A DNA stretch of 64,000 nucleotides. Origin: Raillietiella orientalis. Lineage: Eukaryota. The translations under genes were made by a program, and so were the position numbers. Of the stretch, positions 29,551 to 44,200 are shown piece by piece. The notes beneath the pieces were generated by a model. It was not told where the DNA came from. It searched no databases and was given only the letters and a program-made list of their open reading frames with translations. Every line of letters begins with the position of its first letter. Position 1 is the stretch's first letter. The stretch lies in the NCBI GenBank assembly GCA_036172245.1, contig JAYWIR010000032.1, forward strand, positions 2,108,001-2,172,000, in the 5' to 3' direction.

Positions 29551-32500
29551 CTCGTTGAAAGAGCACAGGAAATAATTCAGGAATATGTAAGAGATAAGAC
29601 ATTTCATCATTCTGTGTTTTTAATTTTATGCGTTTTGTTCCTTTACGTTATCTTATTAAATGTGAATACTTGATTTTTGAGAACGCAGAATGTTCTGTGC
29701 TGATGAATGCATTTATTGGAATGATATTGGGTTATCACTGCTCAGAACATAAGAGTGGAAATCATTTGTGAGAATAAATGAGTAAAATAAAAGAAAAATT
29801 AATTTTATAGATGACTTGGAGATCTTCAGATCATCAGACAATAACAATAATGTGAAGAATGATAACTAAAAATATTTTTAATCTCCACTAGTTTGTAACT
29901 AGTCTGTTTAATTTAGAAATATCAAACAGAGATACTGTTTTTAATCTCCTCATAAGCTTGAATTCAGATTTCTAGCATTTTACAAAATATCTATAACTCA
30001 AGCTGTTCATGGCATACACTTTTGGAGGATTTGGAAATGAAGCTACCTATCCACTTTCTCTCCTCATCATATATGTTTTTTATTCTCTGAGATAGGTGCT
30101 CATTCCATCCTTGTAATGATTCACAGAAATTCAGTGACATCTCAGATATCCATTATGCTTCCTGTTGTCATTGCAAATACTTTCAGATGTATTTACAATG
30201 AATTGCTACACTTAATTAGTTTATAGTTTGATGCACATAATAATTCTGGTACCTTCCATGCTTTGTGTGCTTTCTTGCTTCTTGGTACACAAAAAATAGT
30301 GTATATTCCATATGTACATGCTGAACTTCACACCTTGTTACAGTATTCATTATTTAAACATCAATTAATTGCTTTGGGGAATGTAAATAATTATTACGTA
30401 TTTAATTTGCTTATTTGATCTCTTTAGTTCATATTTCACTGTATATGACTTCCAAATGCCAACAAAAGGTAAAAGGCGACTACTATTTCTGAACGATGAC
30501 TACACAATATCATTATTGCATTATACTTCAGTAAATTAGGTTTATTACTCAAACCCTAATTTCATTCAATTTTTTTTTCAATAGAAGCTGAATTCCTAAA
30601 TGCTTTCAGTAACACTGCTTCAAAAATTAATTTTCTAATCTTGATAAAACCACTTTTTTCCCATTTTTTTCTCTATGAGAAGCCTAAGCAATAGATGGGG
30701 AAAAAATGAGTCCTGTGCATGAGATATAGAATTCCTTCGATTTGTTAAAATAAGCTTACTTTATATCGTCAGCTACGAGCTGCAAACAAGGCTTTGATTT
30801 ATTATTGCAAATTATAAAATTTGTATTGAGAATTCTGTATCTATGTACGAAATGCAAGTAGAATGAATGAAGTTTTGTAGCTCATGATCGTTTCATTTTT
30901 TGTTGATGTTAATTCGAATCTGTAAATTTGTCTGCTCTTCACGATATGCAAATAGATTGCTGAATCCATTGCATTGAGAATTTATTTTTGAGGAATGTTA
31001 ATTCAGGATGTTATCTGCAATCACTACTGAATAACTGAAAATAGTCCAAAGTGCTTCATTTCAACAAACATATTCCAATTTCTCTTTTGTCTATCTGGTT
31101 TTTATTTTTTTTTAAATCTTTCATCTTGTTATTTTATTAAGCTGTCTGGACTTTTATGGTATGCTAGCAATTTTTTTTGCTCTGATTTCAAGTACTGAGT
31201 GGAATACTATTTTCACTTTTACATTTTCCTATAGGTCGAATTGAAGGTGGAATTTGCACCAGTTTTGTTCATAATTATCGCTTCAATTTCTCGAGTTCCA
31301 GAATTTCTGATGTATTAATTGCATTTGTATTTCATTTCTAATTCTCTTATTCACTGGCCTATGTTGCAATGGGTATTCTTCACTTCAGAATGCATGACAG
31401 TCTTTTTGAAACATTTGATCACCCCAAGACTTATTTATAGGTCATTTTGATTTAAATAAATCTTAAGGAAGCTTTAAAGCTTATCGATTTTGAAAAATTC
31501 AAGCAATGGGAAAATGGCAATTGCCCATTGTATTTCGGGACCCTTCTATAGTCCTCAACACTGGAAGATCTCAGCACCTTCCAGAGAGTTAAATGATTTA
31601 GTTTTAGTATCTTTCGCAATTTCAGGAAGCTTCTCTTCGATTACCAATATGACTCCAGGTCTGCTCACAGTACTCCTGATCTTGTGGTCTCCTCCCCTCT
31701 CAGAATGCCACTTCCAGTCGAGGTTTTTGTTTGTACGGTATTTCTTTTGCTTTTGCAGCGCATGGGCTTTGCGCACTTTAAGGTGTACGGTTTTTTTTTT
31801 TTTTTTCCCCGGTACACCTGAAGTACCTATTTTCGATTTCCTTGCTGCAAAGGGACGAACAAAGGCCCAACATCACATAAGGATTGTCTCGTTTATCAGC
31901 TTGGAATGCTCTCGCAAAATAGGAGAGCCTCGTAAATTCTCAGCAGAAAAGCTGTACATCATTCGCCTTTAAGAATCTCGCATTCTTCTTTTTCATCAGC
32001 ATCATTTTTTGAGGGACTGGTACGGTGATTTTTAAGGAACCTTCAAGATTAACTTCCCGAAGACCCTTCTAAACAGAATATGCAAAATATTAGTAAATCG
32101 CTCAAAAAGAATGCATGAAACTAATTCGTGCATTCTTTTTACTATCAGGATCCAACGTTGCATCAGGTCCACTCAAGTTCTGTGTAACCAGGGAACTCTT
32201 TACTAATCTTTCAAATAAAATGGGAACATTAGGTTGAACGTGTGCTGTTATTTTAAGGGGTCCCATTTATCGTAAGGGGTTTCATGTTTTTGGTAGGCAG
32301 CGTTGAAGTGCATGACAGTGGCACACAAAACTACAATTAGAATATGTTATTGCAGAAATTGCATTGCTGTCAGTAATGAGATGTTTTTTTCATTCTATAA
32401 AATAAGTTTTCGAAGAGTTTTCGAAAATAACAATACAAATAGGTACGATCGTGCAGTATTGCTTTGCACACCTCTAATGCAGCTTCTATGCGGGAGTCGA

Positions 32501-32890
32501 TGTTAACACCGCGTGTATTAATTTGCCGTACGCTGTCTACTCAACAGTTTGTGAAACATAGGAAGACGACTAAAACACTATCCCATACGATTCAAATTCT
32601 AGAAAGCCCGAAAGCTTAAGGTTACATGGTGGATGCTTGACTGCTTACCCTGTTCGGCTTTTGTGAAATGTTTATCAGAGACATTTTTTTATGTGCACAT
32701 AAAAATATATTGCCAAATCGTGTTCATTTTTCGAATAAACATCGAAGGCAGCAACAGATATTCACTGTATTTCTTACCAGCTTCTCAAGATTGAAAGCTT
32801 GCCAGCCATTCATCTTTCTAACTATCCAGTTTTCTTGTGGTACAGGCATTCATTTTGTTCTGTGTTTTCAGCTTTCATTGAAGTATAAAT

Positions 32891-35800
32891 ATGGCAAAAC
32901 CATTAAATTTTAGATTGGAATCTGTAATCCAGGATATCGAAGATTTTGTATTCATATTGTTTTCAAAGAAATTCGAGATAATTTGTTTAACAGCCCTTTT
33001 GTTGTTCTGTTGTAAGTATTGGCTATCTTATTAATCTAGATCATATACAAAGAGAGATTCATAATTTGTTATTTGGCGTTTGCCCTCTAGATATCCTGTT
33101 TATAAAAATTAGAAGAAAGTCTTTGAAAACCAAGATTCTGTTAACAGGACTTAATGATTCAGGAAAAACTTTGTTGTTCTCTCATCTTGTCGGAAAAACA
33201 TTTGTACATTCTTATACATCCTTGAAACCAAACATATGTGAATACTCCATAGCGCAGAAGGTAAGCAGAAGTAAATGTGCCGTTATTTGTATTTTCATTG
33301 ATAAAAATTTTCCCATCCTGTCACCAGAATCACAGATCTTCATCTTCTTTTTCATGATTTTGTTTTTACACACTTGCTGAGATGTGTGAAGTAATTGTTG
33401 CAGCAGTTACTTTTTTTTTTATTTGAATTTCTTTGTCTTCCTAATCAGCTGAATGAAATGAAACTCTTGAATTATTGGAAGATTGATATATATAGTATAT
33501 AATTGCGATTCGTTATCAACTAGGCATAGTGTGGAAATAATGGCATGGAAGATTAGCATTATATGTAGTCTTTTAGTAAAATTCATCTCTTGGAATGCTT
33601 TACAGAGTATAAAGATTATGAAAGTTGAAGCATGGGAAGCATACAATGTTGAACTTTAATTTATCATTTTATATTTTTGTATTTTCATTTGTCAATATTA
33701 TGCAAAAGTTGCTTAAAAAGGAAAAAAACAAGCCAAAAGAAATTGATTGCAAGTAAACTGGTTTGTTTGTTTGTTTGTTTAGGTTTCAGAGATTAATGGA
33801 AGGGATCATTACTTCCAATGGTGTTTTTGGTTACCAATTTATGTTGCATAATTTCAAGAGTATTTCACAGTCAACAGATTGTTAATCAAAGCAATCAGTT
33901 CAAAACTTGATATGTTTAAAATTGTGGATGTTTGCATCGATTTTATTTCTTAATCCTTTCTTGTTTTAATTGGAATTTTTTTGCCATTATTTTTTAGGAT
34001 TCATGGAGTTTGGTTGATCTTCCTGGTCACATTCAGTTGAGAAAAAAATATTTTGATCAGTTCAAATCTCAGGCCAAAGCTATTATTTTTGTTATAGACT
34101 CACTCACCATTACCAAAGATATTAAAGATGTTGCTAGGTAAGTGGTAGTTGCTTTCATTGTGACTAATTTTATTGGAATATGAAAAATAGGATCATACAA
34201 ATCTTTTGTATAAAAAATACCCAATAGAATGTTAAAATTGTGTAACTTGGAATCATTGCCCAAAGGTTTATGTTTTACAGTAAATCATTCAAGGGAAACT
34301 CTTACATCTTTCTGATGTAATTTTCTGTAGGCTATGGTGTTATTAATAAAGGCTTATTAAGATGTCTTGTATTTCTTTGAATAATAGCTTTCCTTATTCA
34401 TATTATTCTAGATCAGTCATAGGCTTCATTAAAGAAATGGAGATGGATGTGAAATTATTGGTGTATTCATTAGTAGGGTTGGAAACCCCAAAGCGAATTG
34501 CATTAGGTTATCTTGAAACAATTAGATGGGCAGATTATGTATGTAAATGCTGATTACAGAGATGAAGTAATCTTAATTCATCCTTGAGAAGGAAGATCTT
34601 TTAAAAGAATTTTATCATTGCACATGTTGGATTGCTTGTTCACTGTTTTTTTTTTTTGTTAAATTTCAAGAGCATTGAGGTCGGAGTAAGATAAAGATGA
34701 AGCTTCACTGGTGTATGAACATTTTATCAAGAAGAGTTTTCTTTGATTTCTGTTCCAAAACAAGTAAATATCGCTATTTCAGTTTGTTAATCTAGTGTTG
34801 TTTTTAAAGTTTGAGGGCATTCATAAATGATTTTAAAAAAGCATAGGCTGAAGTTTCAATAAAAGGCTAAATTTCTAATTTGAAAGTTACAAAACCCCAA
34901 GAAATAAATGTAATTGAAGGTGATACATGATTAAAAAATTGATCTTTAGTTCCACTTCAACTAATTGTGGTGATCTTGATGCTTTCGTGAGCTGTCATAT
35001 AGGCTACTCAAGGGAAAGTAAGGAAAATAAAACATTAAAGAAATTATAGGCTCAGATAAGTTAAGACAAATGTTAAACTTAAAACATTATAGACACATAG
35101 TAGAAATTGCAACAAGTTCCTTCAGTTGCAGATAGAATAAGGTGTATGTTCCTAAATAATCAAGTGATTTGACTGCACAAATATATATGGTCAGCTATTG
35201 ATTAGGAGGTCACTTCATGAACTTTAATTATACAAATTACTATTTATGTAATTCAATAGACAAAGAGAAGCAGTTTAGTTTTTTTTTTCCTGTTGATGCA
35301 TGCTGGACATCAGTCATTAGCTGTATCATTTGTTAAAAACAAGCATTTATTAAATAAAGGAGTCACAAATCTTGACAGGAATTTTCTCATCTTGTTTTCT
35401 TTTATGGTTTATGGACAAAATGATTGTGATTTGAACAGTACCCTTTCTTTACCAAAATTGCAGGCAGGCACAAAACTGTATGTACAAACTGAGATGCAGA
35501 AATTCTAAAAGCAAACTGACATTCTTATTGTAATTTACTCCTCTAAATCAATGCCTATGCCCTTATTGCTCATTATTATTAACTAATTTTGCAGGATGTT
35601 TCCATTTTGCAAAGAGAGCTGCATGTTGCCTTTGTCTTTGTGTTAAATATTCTGAATCTCTGGATGTATGCAAGTGCATGGCAGAGTTACAGAGATTTTT
35701 GATGTCATATGCACTTTTAGTATTCTGTCATAGCTCATGTTTATTGAACAATTCTTTAGCTTCCTGTATGATATCTTGACTGATGAATGTGTAAGAAAAC

Positions 35801-36137
35801 TCCGACCGAACTTTTTAGTATTATGCAATAAACAAGATGAACCACTGTCCAAAGCACCACAAGCTGTGCGGGCAATGTTGGAAATGGAAATGTATGTATA
35901 AATTTCATCTGGTTGGTGTTCATTAAAAATTTTAGAACCAAATTGAGAAGTGCACACTCCCAAAACTTAGTTTCAAATGGTCGTTCTCTTACAAAAGAAA
36001 CTTTCCTGGGACGAAAAGGGAAAGATTTCCAGTTTGATGAGATTTCAATCCCTATAAGATTTTTGGCAAGCAGTGCTGCAGCCAAACCAGAACTGGATTT
36101 GAGTCAGTTAGAAGATTGGCTAATGAAAGTAAAATAA
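32891..36137 (+). CDS. SRPRB: Signal recognition particle receptor subunit beta (Arf-like GTPase with N-terminal membrane anchor)
   Basis: Exons 32891-33011, 33091-33260, 33998-34137, 35760-35891 and ~35936-36137 have compatible phases. Motifs: hydrophobic N-terminus, P-loop GLNDSGKT, DLPGH, IIFVIDS, FLYDIL, LCNKQD, FLGRKGKDFQF, LEDWL. Confidence 0.93.
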
Positions 36138-36305
36138 AATAAAACTTGACAGTCACATTAATCATTGCCATTCAAATATATCCTCAAATGCACGGAAAAT
36201 TTTCCATTGAGAAAGCACAGAAGGTAAGGTATGTAAATAAACAGATTATTACTAAAGAAATGCTATATGTATTTGCTTAGTTATGATAGTCTCACAAGAA
36301 TGTTA

Positions 36306-39300
36306 TCACATGGCAGCAGAACACTGTGCATCACTGCATTGTAAGTCCATATCATCCAACTTATCTAAATATGCAAATATACGGAAATGTAGTCTGGACT
36401 CCAGTGCGTAGTTATGATAATTGTCTCTAGCATGTTCCAATAACTTCCTTGCACTATCAAACTTCCCTCTGTCAATGTGAATTGTTGCTAATTCTACTAA
36501 AGAATATGGAATAAGATACAAGTCTTCCTGTGGTGGAGGATTCCTAGTTATTTGTTCCAAACAACTCTCTGCTTCATCTAAATTTCCCAACTGATGAAGA
36601 CATGCTCCACGAAGACATAGCACTAGACAGTTGGTATCCCAGTGAAACTCTTTGCTGTCTGATTGAATAGCTGGTTGACAATCATCAATTATCTGTAAAA
36701 AGGCACACAGCAAGTCACGATTGCGTGCCAAGTCACGATTGTGAGCCAAAATTCTAAAACAGTTCCACAAATACATAAATTCTAACAATGGCACAGGCAA
36801 TTCAACTCCTTTCATAGTATATCTTTGTGCTTTCCGCACTACAAATTTTTCCATTGGAATCGACTTCCCAGCTATACGTTGTTTCCATTGACATACATTC
36901 CTAATACATCTGTAAATTTCAAGCAATGCAGACATTCATAAGTTCTTACTCCATAAGCTCGAATATTTCATGATATTTTAATGAAGCATCGTTCATTGTC
37001 AGCAAAATACATGCCTTTAAATAGGCATAAATGGAACGAGACCATGAACTTCGCTCCAGAAGCAAATCTGCGAAAACCAAGGCTTTTTCCCATTGCATCT
37101 GCAGGCTGCCAACAAGCTTGTGTCATGTGTATTAAACACAGCCTTGTGACTTACAGATGGCACCACATAAGCTCCCAAAAGCAGATGTGATGGAACTGCT
37201 TCCATTCCTCTTGCACTTGCCAAGAAGCTACTTGAAAGTGAATAGCTCTATCAAAATTTCCGCAAATCAAGTGATAACGTCCAATGAAAAAGAGTGTCAA
37301 AACTCCTTTGGGATATTTCTGAAAGAAGTTTGTGATTCTGTAACCAAAACGAAATTATGCTTACTGAATTTAGAAATGAAACTATTTTATGGCACAGGTT
37401 GAAATCTGGGTCGCAGCAACCATAGAGAACAAGAGCTATAGTTTGATAGAAAAGTAATACCATCCCACAAAGTATCTGCCGAAGACTTCCTTGAAGCTCG
37501 AATCCTTTAATCAGCTGTTTCATTGCGATTTTCTGCATAAAAAATCAGATGGATGGGTCTTGAACCTAGCAATGACTCACCCTGGATGCCTATATAACAA
37601 AGGGAACAAAAAAAAAAAAATAAATAAACGGAGCCATGTAATTATGACCTGGAAAATGAATACAACAGCGTACCTTCCTTCCTGCAAAACCTATAATTTC
37701 TAGTAGCTTCAGAATCCTAGGAGGGAGTAAGGATATCAGCTGGAACATTAAAGTTATAATCTTATTGAAATCAAGAGGTATTTAAATGTGAAAAATATCT
37801 CACCAAATGAAATGTGCCCACTCCAAGATTTACACCACTTTCAAAATGTACTCTGCTTTTTTTATTATTCCATACTGCTTTTTGTTTAGATACAATAGCA
37901 CACTCCCTACAAGAACTCCTTCTGTTGTATGTCAATAACTTACTTATAAGATGAAAAACAAGATTTGATGCACATGCCACCTTTAACAAAGCTTTTAAAA
38001 GTTTCATCTTCCATGAATGTGATCAGTGCCTTCATCAACAGAGATTCAGCATAACACAACTCTGCATGCACTTCACCTAAAATCAACAAAATATAGACAA
38101 TTTTATAATGAATTCGTTATACATATAATTCACTGAATGACAGCACACAAGCAACATTTCAAGATTCAGACTTTGAATATACGGTGTTTTTTAACTCACT
38201 ATCAGTATACAAATCATAATTTGGTCTTCTCAGCCAATTTCCAATATTTTCTGTGACAGTCTTTTTCCTTCGGAAGCTATTGCATACTTGTACGGAATTA
38301 CTTATGAGTTCACAACCGTATTCGATATCTTTCTAAGATACAGCTTCAGTAGACTGAAATTAATATATTACCAAATCAAATGTCATCATGGCCTGTAGAA
38401 ATGACATAGTGCCGCAACCAAGTGCATGATACATGCTGGTCTTGTTCCTGAAAAACCAAAAACAATGTTGTAGCGGTAAAGGTGGCTCTTAATTTGGGAA
38501 TTCATAATGATAGTCAACAAAGATGATTCCTTCAAGGCATCAAAATTCATTCCAAAAGCTAAAAATTCGAATAATTATTTCATTAAGACATTCAGAAATA
38601 TCTATTCCCTAAGAAAAATAAAAGAATGTACAGATGTTTAAATAACTCCTGAGAAACTGTCAATAAATAAATGCATATAAGTACACAAACTTTTACAATT
38701 TTTTTAGTTTTGTTCTTTTATCAAAACAAATTCGAGGTTTCCACTGAGATGCTTGAAAACAAAATAACTTCAAATACTTGAAACTACAGTTTCCTTTCAT
38801 TTTTCGTTTTACTTTCTTTGTTACTATGCCAGTTTATTTACATTCCTTTTTTTTCTTTGTTTCATATTATTCACAATTGTGGATCAGGAATACTATGCAC
38901 ATTCTGTGCCAGGGCAAGTACAGTTTGTTTACAGTGAAATAATTCGCTGAATTTGGCTATTGGAGCTATGACTGAATTTAAGGAAGAATGATGGTTACAT
39001 GTGCTTTGTATTGACCTGTCTCCATGCTCCCTTATTTCTCCCAAAATTCCATTTCTTCAATACTATATCACAGGTTTGAACAGATTTAAAACTTTGTAAT
39101 CTCTCAATTCAAGAAATATCGTTTCTTTTCACTATTCATTTAATTCATTTCCAATCAACATGTGCTAATGATGATTTCTCTACAACTCAAAGCTGGTTTC
39201 TTTTGTCAAATGATCACCAAGAATATTTCAACATCTACTGAAAAAAAGACCTATAGGCATATGGAAGAAAGTTTAAATTTAGCAGCAGAATAGCTTAAAA

Positions 39301-41279
39301 CCAGGATTTCAGTTTTACCTGCATTAAAGAAAGTCTGATGCATATACAAAAATACAAAATGAGAGGGAGCATAGCATACTTTGCAATGTTTGAAAATTAC
39401 ATTACAATCACTCTCAAGAGAGAAAATGACTTTTTTCTGACAAAAAAACTAAATCTTTCAGAAATAAGAAGCTGAGCAGACAATTCACCTTATTTGACAT
39501 GCATTGTGAATGAGCTCAATCATGAATACATGTTCTTATTTGTGTAATCAATGTGATTGTTGTCATCAATTGAACCTCCTATTAGTTTCTTTATGAATAT
39601 GTAGACTGAAAGGAAGTTTACATATGGGTACACTGAAACAAAACTTTTGATATTCACCAGTTGTCTTTTGTCCGTACAGAGGCATTCAAATTATAAAATT
39701 AAGGAATTTCTCAATGTTATCACTCAATGTTATGATCTGATAATCAATGTGACAGTGCACTCCTAAAGAACTATTTCGGAATGAACTTTCACTAATTGTG
39801 ATCTATCCTTTGCTGTGTGCATTGTCTATACTACATTTCTCCCTATTTTTGAAAACAATATCAATTTGCAAATGTGTTTCTTTACAACAATTCACAATCG
39901 CATATTGAATCACGACTTTCACAATACTCAAGAAATAATGAAAATGAGATTCACTAAAATTAAGAATTTTCTGGAAAATGAAAACATTTTAAAAAATAAA
40001 ACAATACAATAGGACATCTCAGTGTTTGTCTCAAATGCAGACAACAGCATTTTCATGAAGACATGCTTGTTGCTTTGTATTTGATATGACATATAACAAA
40101 GCCTATTTGTTATTTATCTTGCATTATTGCACAATCAATATATGCGATAATATATCAGCAATTATGGAGAACTGATCTGTATTGAGACCATTTCTGAAAA
40201 AAAATACAAAATTTCTTCATGGAAAAAACATCCAAGTGTTCAGTAAAGCTTTGCATCAAAGTGATGAGAATATTTCAGCACAAAGAAGCATATTTCTTAA
40301 GAAACAAACAAGTTTGCATGATAAATTATTCATAAATTACCAATTTAATAACACAAAAAACTTGTCAAATATGAAAACTTACTACCATGGTTCAAAAAGC
40401 AGTTTAGCTTTTTCAAATTGATTGTTCAAAAACAAATTTGTAGCAATAACAGCCTGCTCCATAGCTAACTCAAAGTCCATGTTTACTGGCCTAAAAAACC
40501 TCATGGTATAGACGACATATATAATATAAACAAATCATCATAAATAAGAAAAGGCTCTGTAATATGGATGTATGCTAGTGCAACAGACATACTTTTAAAT
40601 TTAGGATTTGAAGAGTTTAAGATTTTAAAAACTTTGCTATCACTGAACTGCGAATACTGACTGCAATTTAGGAACTTAGGTCTAGAATTAAGCATATTAT
40701 GCCAATACTCCAGAAACACTGAGAACTTCAATCAGATTTATTGAAAATTTATTCATTCTTAATTCTATGACAATGTGAAACAAAATAACTTGCATGAGAA
40801 CCTCAGTCATCTCATAGTTCAGGGATACTTCTTTGAAAACAAACAGGGCTACAAATGAACAGGGCATTAAATTCAACACCATTACTTACATCGGTTGCTC
40901 CTCCACAGCATCAACAAATTCCTAAAAGTTTAAAAAACAGTGTGAACTCATAATATTATTGTCACAAGTGTTGTTGCTTAAATTAGGATGCTGACGTTAT
41001 CCCTCGTGTGAAGTTATCTCTCACTTTATCTCACAAGTTATCCCACTTACATCTGAACATTTGATTCACTGAGATTTACATTAAAAAAAATTCATGCTTA
41101 AAATTATAATTATCATGTTTAAATTCATAAGGCGTTTAAAGCATTTTTTTTTTGTATGCTTTCAACCTTGACTCAAATGTTATCAAACAGTATAGCACAT
41201 TTACAAACAGTTGTTTCGTTACCTGATCCTCATCATCATTGGGAAGGGATGAACTTGCCGAGTCTTTCACTTCCATCAT
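36306..41279 (-). CDS. TTC39: Tetratricopeptide repeat protein 39 family (TTC39A/B-like)
   Basis: Exons 41279-41223 (MMEVKDSASSSLPNDDEDQ), 40921-40890 (EFVDAVEEQP), 40490-40386 (NLFLNNQFEKA), ~38447-38372 (SMYHALGCGTM..LQAMMTFD), several short exons between 38330 and 37000 (VHAELCYAE, FESGVNLGVGTF, HLLLGAYVV region), and a last exon ~36901-36306 (WKQRIAGKSIPMEKF...YALESRLHFRI). Confidence 0.92.
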
Positions 41280-44200
41280 TGTATTCTATGTCCTTATTCA
41301 AAGTCCAAAGACGTTACAAGAAACTACATCGAATAAGTATAACATTGAATACACAATAAATCCTCTTGATGCAGACCAGAGTTCTTTGTCGGCAGGACTA
41401 TCTAATGATACATACCAAATTAGCAACACACGTACACAGGCAAAATTTACACAAAATTACACACAAAATCACGACATCAAACATGTGCTCCAAATATCAA
41501 ACTCAACCCAAGACCGCTAATTAAAAGAAATAACGTTTCATGTTTTACGTATGCAACTATCGCAATTATCTTCGAAAGCCAAAAGAATTGTATCCATCGA
41601 TCAAGAACTCCATCGAATTTCTACTACATTTTGTGCAACTTGTATGGATAGGTGAATGCACAAAACTGTAATGCAATTGAACGGAATGACAGTCCTATTA
41701 TATCTGAAATCACCAAGCAAGGATCAAAAACTCTTACATCTATTAATGTTCTTATTTCAATGATGAACACTTCATAATGGCATTGCATTACCCGATAATC
41801 AGAATTCCATTTTTGATAAAGCGCTTCTCGCGGCTGTGATAACTTTCAAGATTTCTTTCAACAATTTCTTTTTAATTTAATTTCTTAAATCTTCTTTAAT
41901 TACTTAGCATCCCCACTTGGTTAGCTCCGCTGTTCAATTTTCTCATTAGATAAACGCGATTATTTACTTATCTATTTCAGAAATCGCCTAATAAAGACCT
42001 GTTACACGATTTTTGAAATTAGAACTTCGATTTGAAACGATTTGAAAACCTTCAAATCATCAAAACAAAATTTAGTCACAAAATGAAACAAGTAATTACA
42101 GAATTAGGAAAAAGAATATGCTTTAAGTAATTGATCAAAGCTCTTCAATAATGTAATTTTGGATGATACACAATTCAGTTGCTATCACTTTTTACTCTGT
42201 GATCTCACTTTATGCTCAGATGCAATTTGTTTGTCCAAAAAAAAATTCTAGGTAGCTCACAGCCACGATTTGGAAACAGATGTGATGCATATAAGACTTG
42301 AGAAGCTCAACATGAATAAGGAATTTATTTGGGGGACATAAAATAGACTGTGGAGCAATAATGCCTCTACTATTATTTCAATAGTAATCATTTTTTGAGG
42401 TAATTATCTTCACCTAAAGGGGAATTCTCAAACAGTTTACACCAAAGGTTGTGTGTCCATTAGCTGAGCCTTTGGATTTCAACTGTTACCAATGAGATGT
42501 CTTAAGGATCTGAGATCGGCAATGAATTTAGTAGGCACACGCTGATCGTCAAAGTGATGAAATCATTTTTAATGATTGCAGTGCATTAAAAAAACAGATT
42601 TTGTAGACTTCCTTTATTTAAATTCCTATTAGCTTACTACTTTTATGTTATTTTGGCTAAGGAGTTTGCTTTCATCCTTTTATGATAAATTTTAACAAAT
42701 GATCGGCAAATATTTATATGGGATCCTTATAATACCGATTCCCATTTTTTCCATTCTCATTGTAATGAAAAGAACAATTTCCGTACAAGTATCAAAGTTT
42801 CCAAAAGTAGTGATCCTCGTGTAGTACCCCCCAATGCGATATATGTTGGTACACAATATACATACACACATATGTGCTAGGAGTACATATGTACACGGTA
42901 AATCAAATCTACTTACTCAAATACAAGAGTAAGCATGTACCAATATTTTCATAAATCTAAAAATATTCGCATTTAAGAATGCCACTTTCCTTCCCCATCA
43001 TACTAGTGAAACTGTAATAAACTCCCTACTATATCAAGTGTGACCAAATTTTTACTCTCATGCAACTAGTTCGCTACAGAAGTGAATTCAGATACAATTA
43101 CAAGATGGTTCTAACTGCGATCTTGTATGATTTTCACCATGTTTTTCACCACGGAAAACTGTAAACTGGAAATGAGTTTGAGCTCTCGTACGAGATTGGG
43201 AAAAGATAAACAACAAAAACTATCGCCTGTTAAGAAATGAACCCGGAGCATCTACGAACATGAAGACGTGAGATGCATGACTGTTTTTCGAACCTTTCAT
43301 GCAACAGAAAGCTCGATCTAGACTCCACAAGCAGGCACACCTCGTATTTCTTACCTCCTATCGAACAGATCAAGAGAGTTGTACAACACAATCGTGGTGT
43401 GCACATTACAATATGACAAAAAGCTTACTTTCGAGAGAACTGTAGCTACTGCAGCCAACATTTCATTTGTTTAAGAGCCTGTGCATTGAAATATGCAAAT
43501 TCTGCAGACGTAACAAGATGATGAACAAAACAAGACTCGCGATCGTCAGTTCTTGTTTAATGGCACAATTAGCACAAAAAGTTGATAGGATAAGTATATT
43601 GCATTCTTTCAGCACCAATATTGCTTAACGATCTGAACAGCTGAAAACCCTCTTGTTGAATTTATTGAGAATGGAAGAAAGTAAAACATTCTTTTACTTA
43701 CGACTTGTGCCTAGTTACCTGCCTGATATTATCTAAAGTTTACCGTGTAATTTTTAAAAACAAACTAAGTCCATACAGTTAGAGAACTGATGAAAATTCC
43801 TAAGAAATTGAACTTATTTCATGGAATTAATTTCTGAATTTGATAAAATCAGCATTTAGTACACACTAAAATGAAGTTTGAATAAAGGAAGAAACGATGA
43901 ATTACCAGCAGACAGTAAAAAAAAAAATACATACAAGCTGTTTGTGATTTCATTATTTTTCTGGTCTTTCGATACTCTAGAGTATTAATAATTTGCTCTT
44001 TTTAAATGAGTTGAAATTTTTTCCGTTGTGCTCTGATTTGCAAATTTTCTAAACTTCTTCCAGATGCACTCATAATGCTTGCTAGCGTTTCTAAGAGACA
44101 TTAAGATTTAATAGTTTTGCAATGGCACTTTTGCAACGATATTGGTTTTACAATGACAAAGGATCTAATCTCAAACTAATCTCAAAATCAAACCTTCAGT

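Noticed and set aside
31490..31972. 160-aa plus and 73-aa minus ORFs
   Set aside because: They cross a poly(T) run and show no recognisable domain or splice structure.
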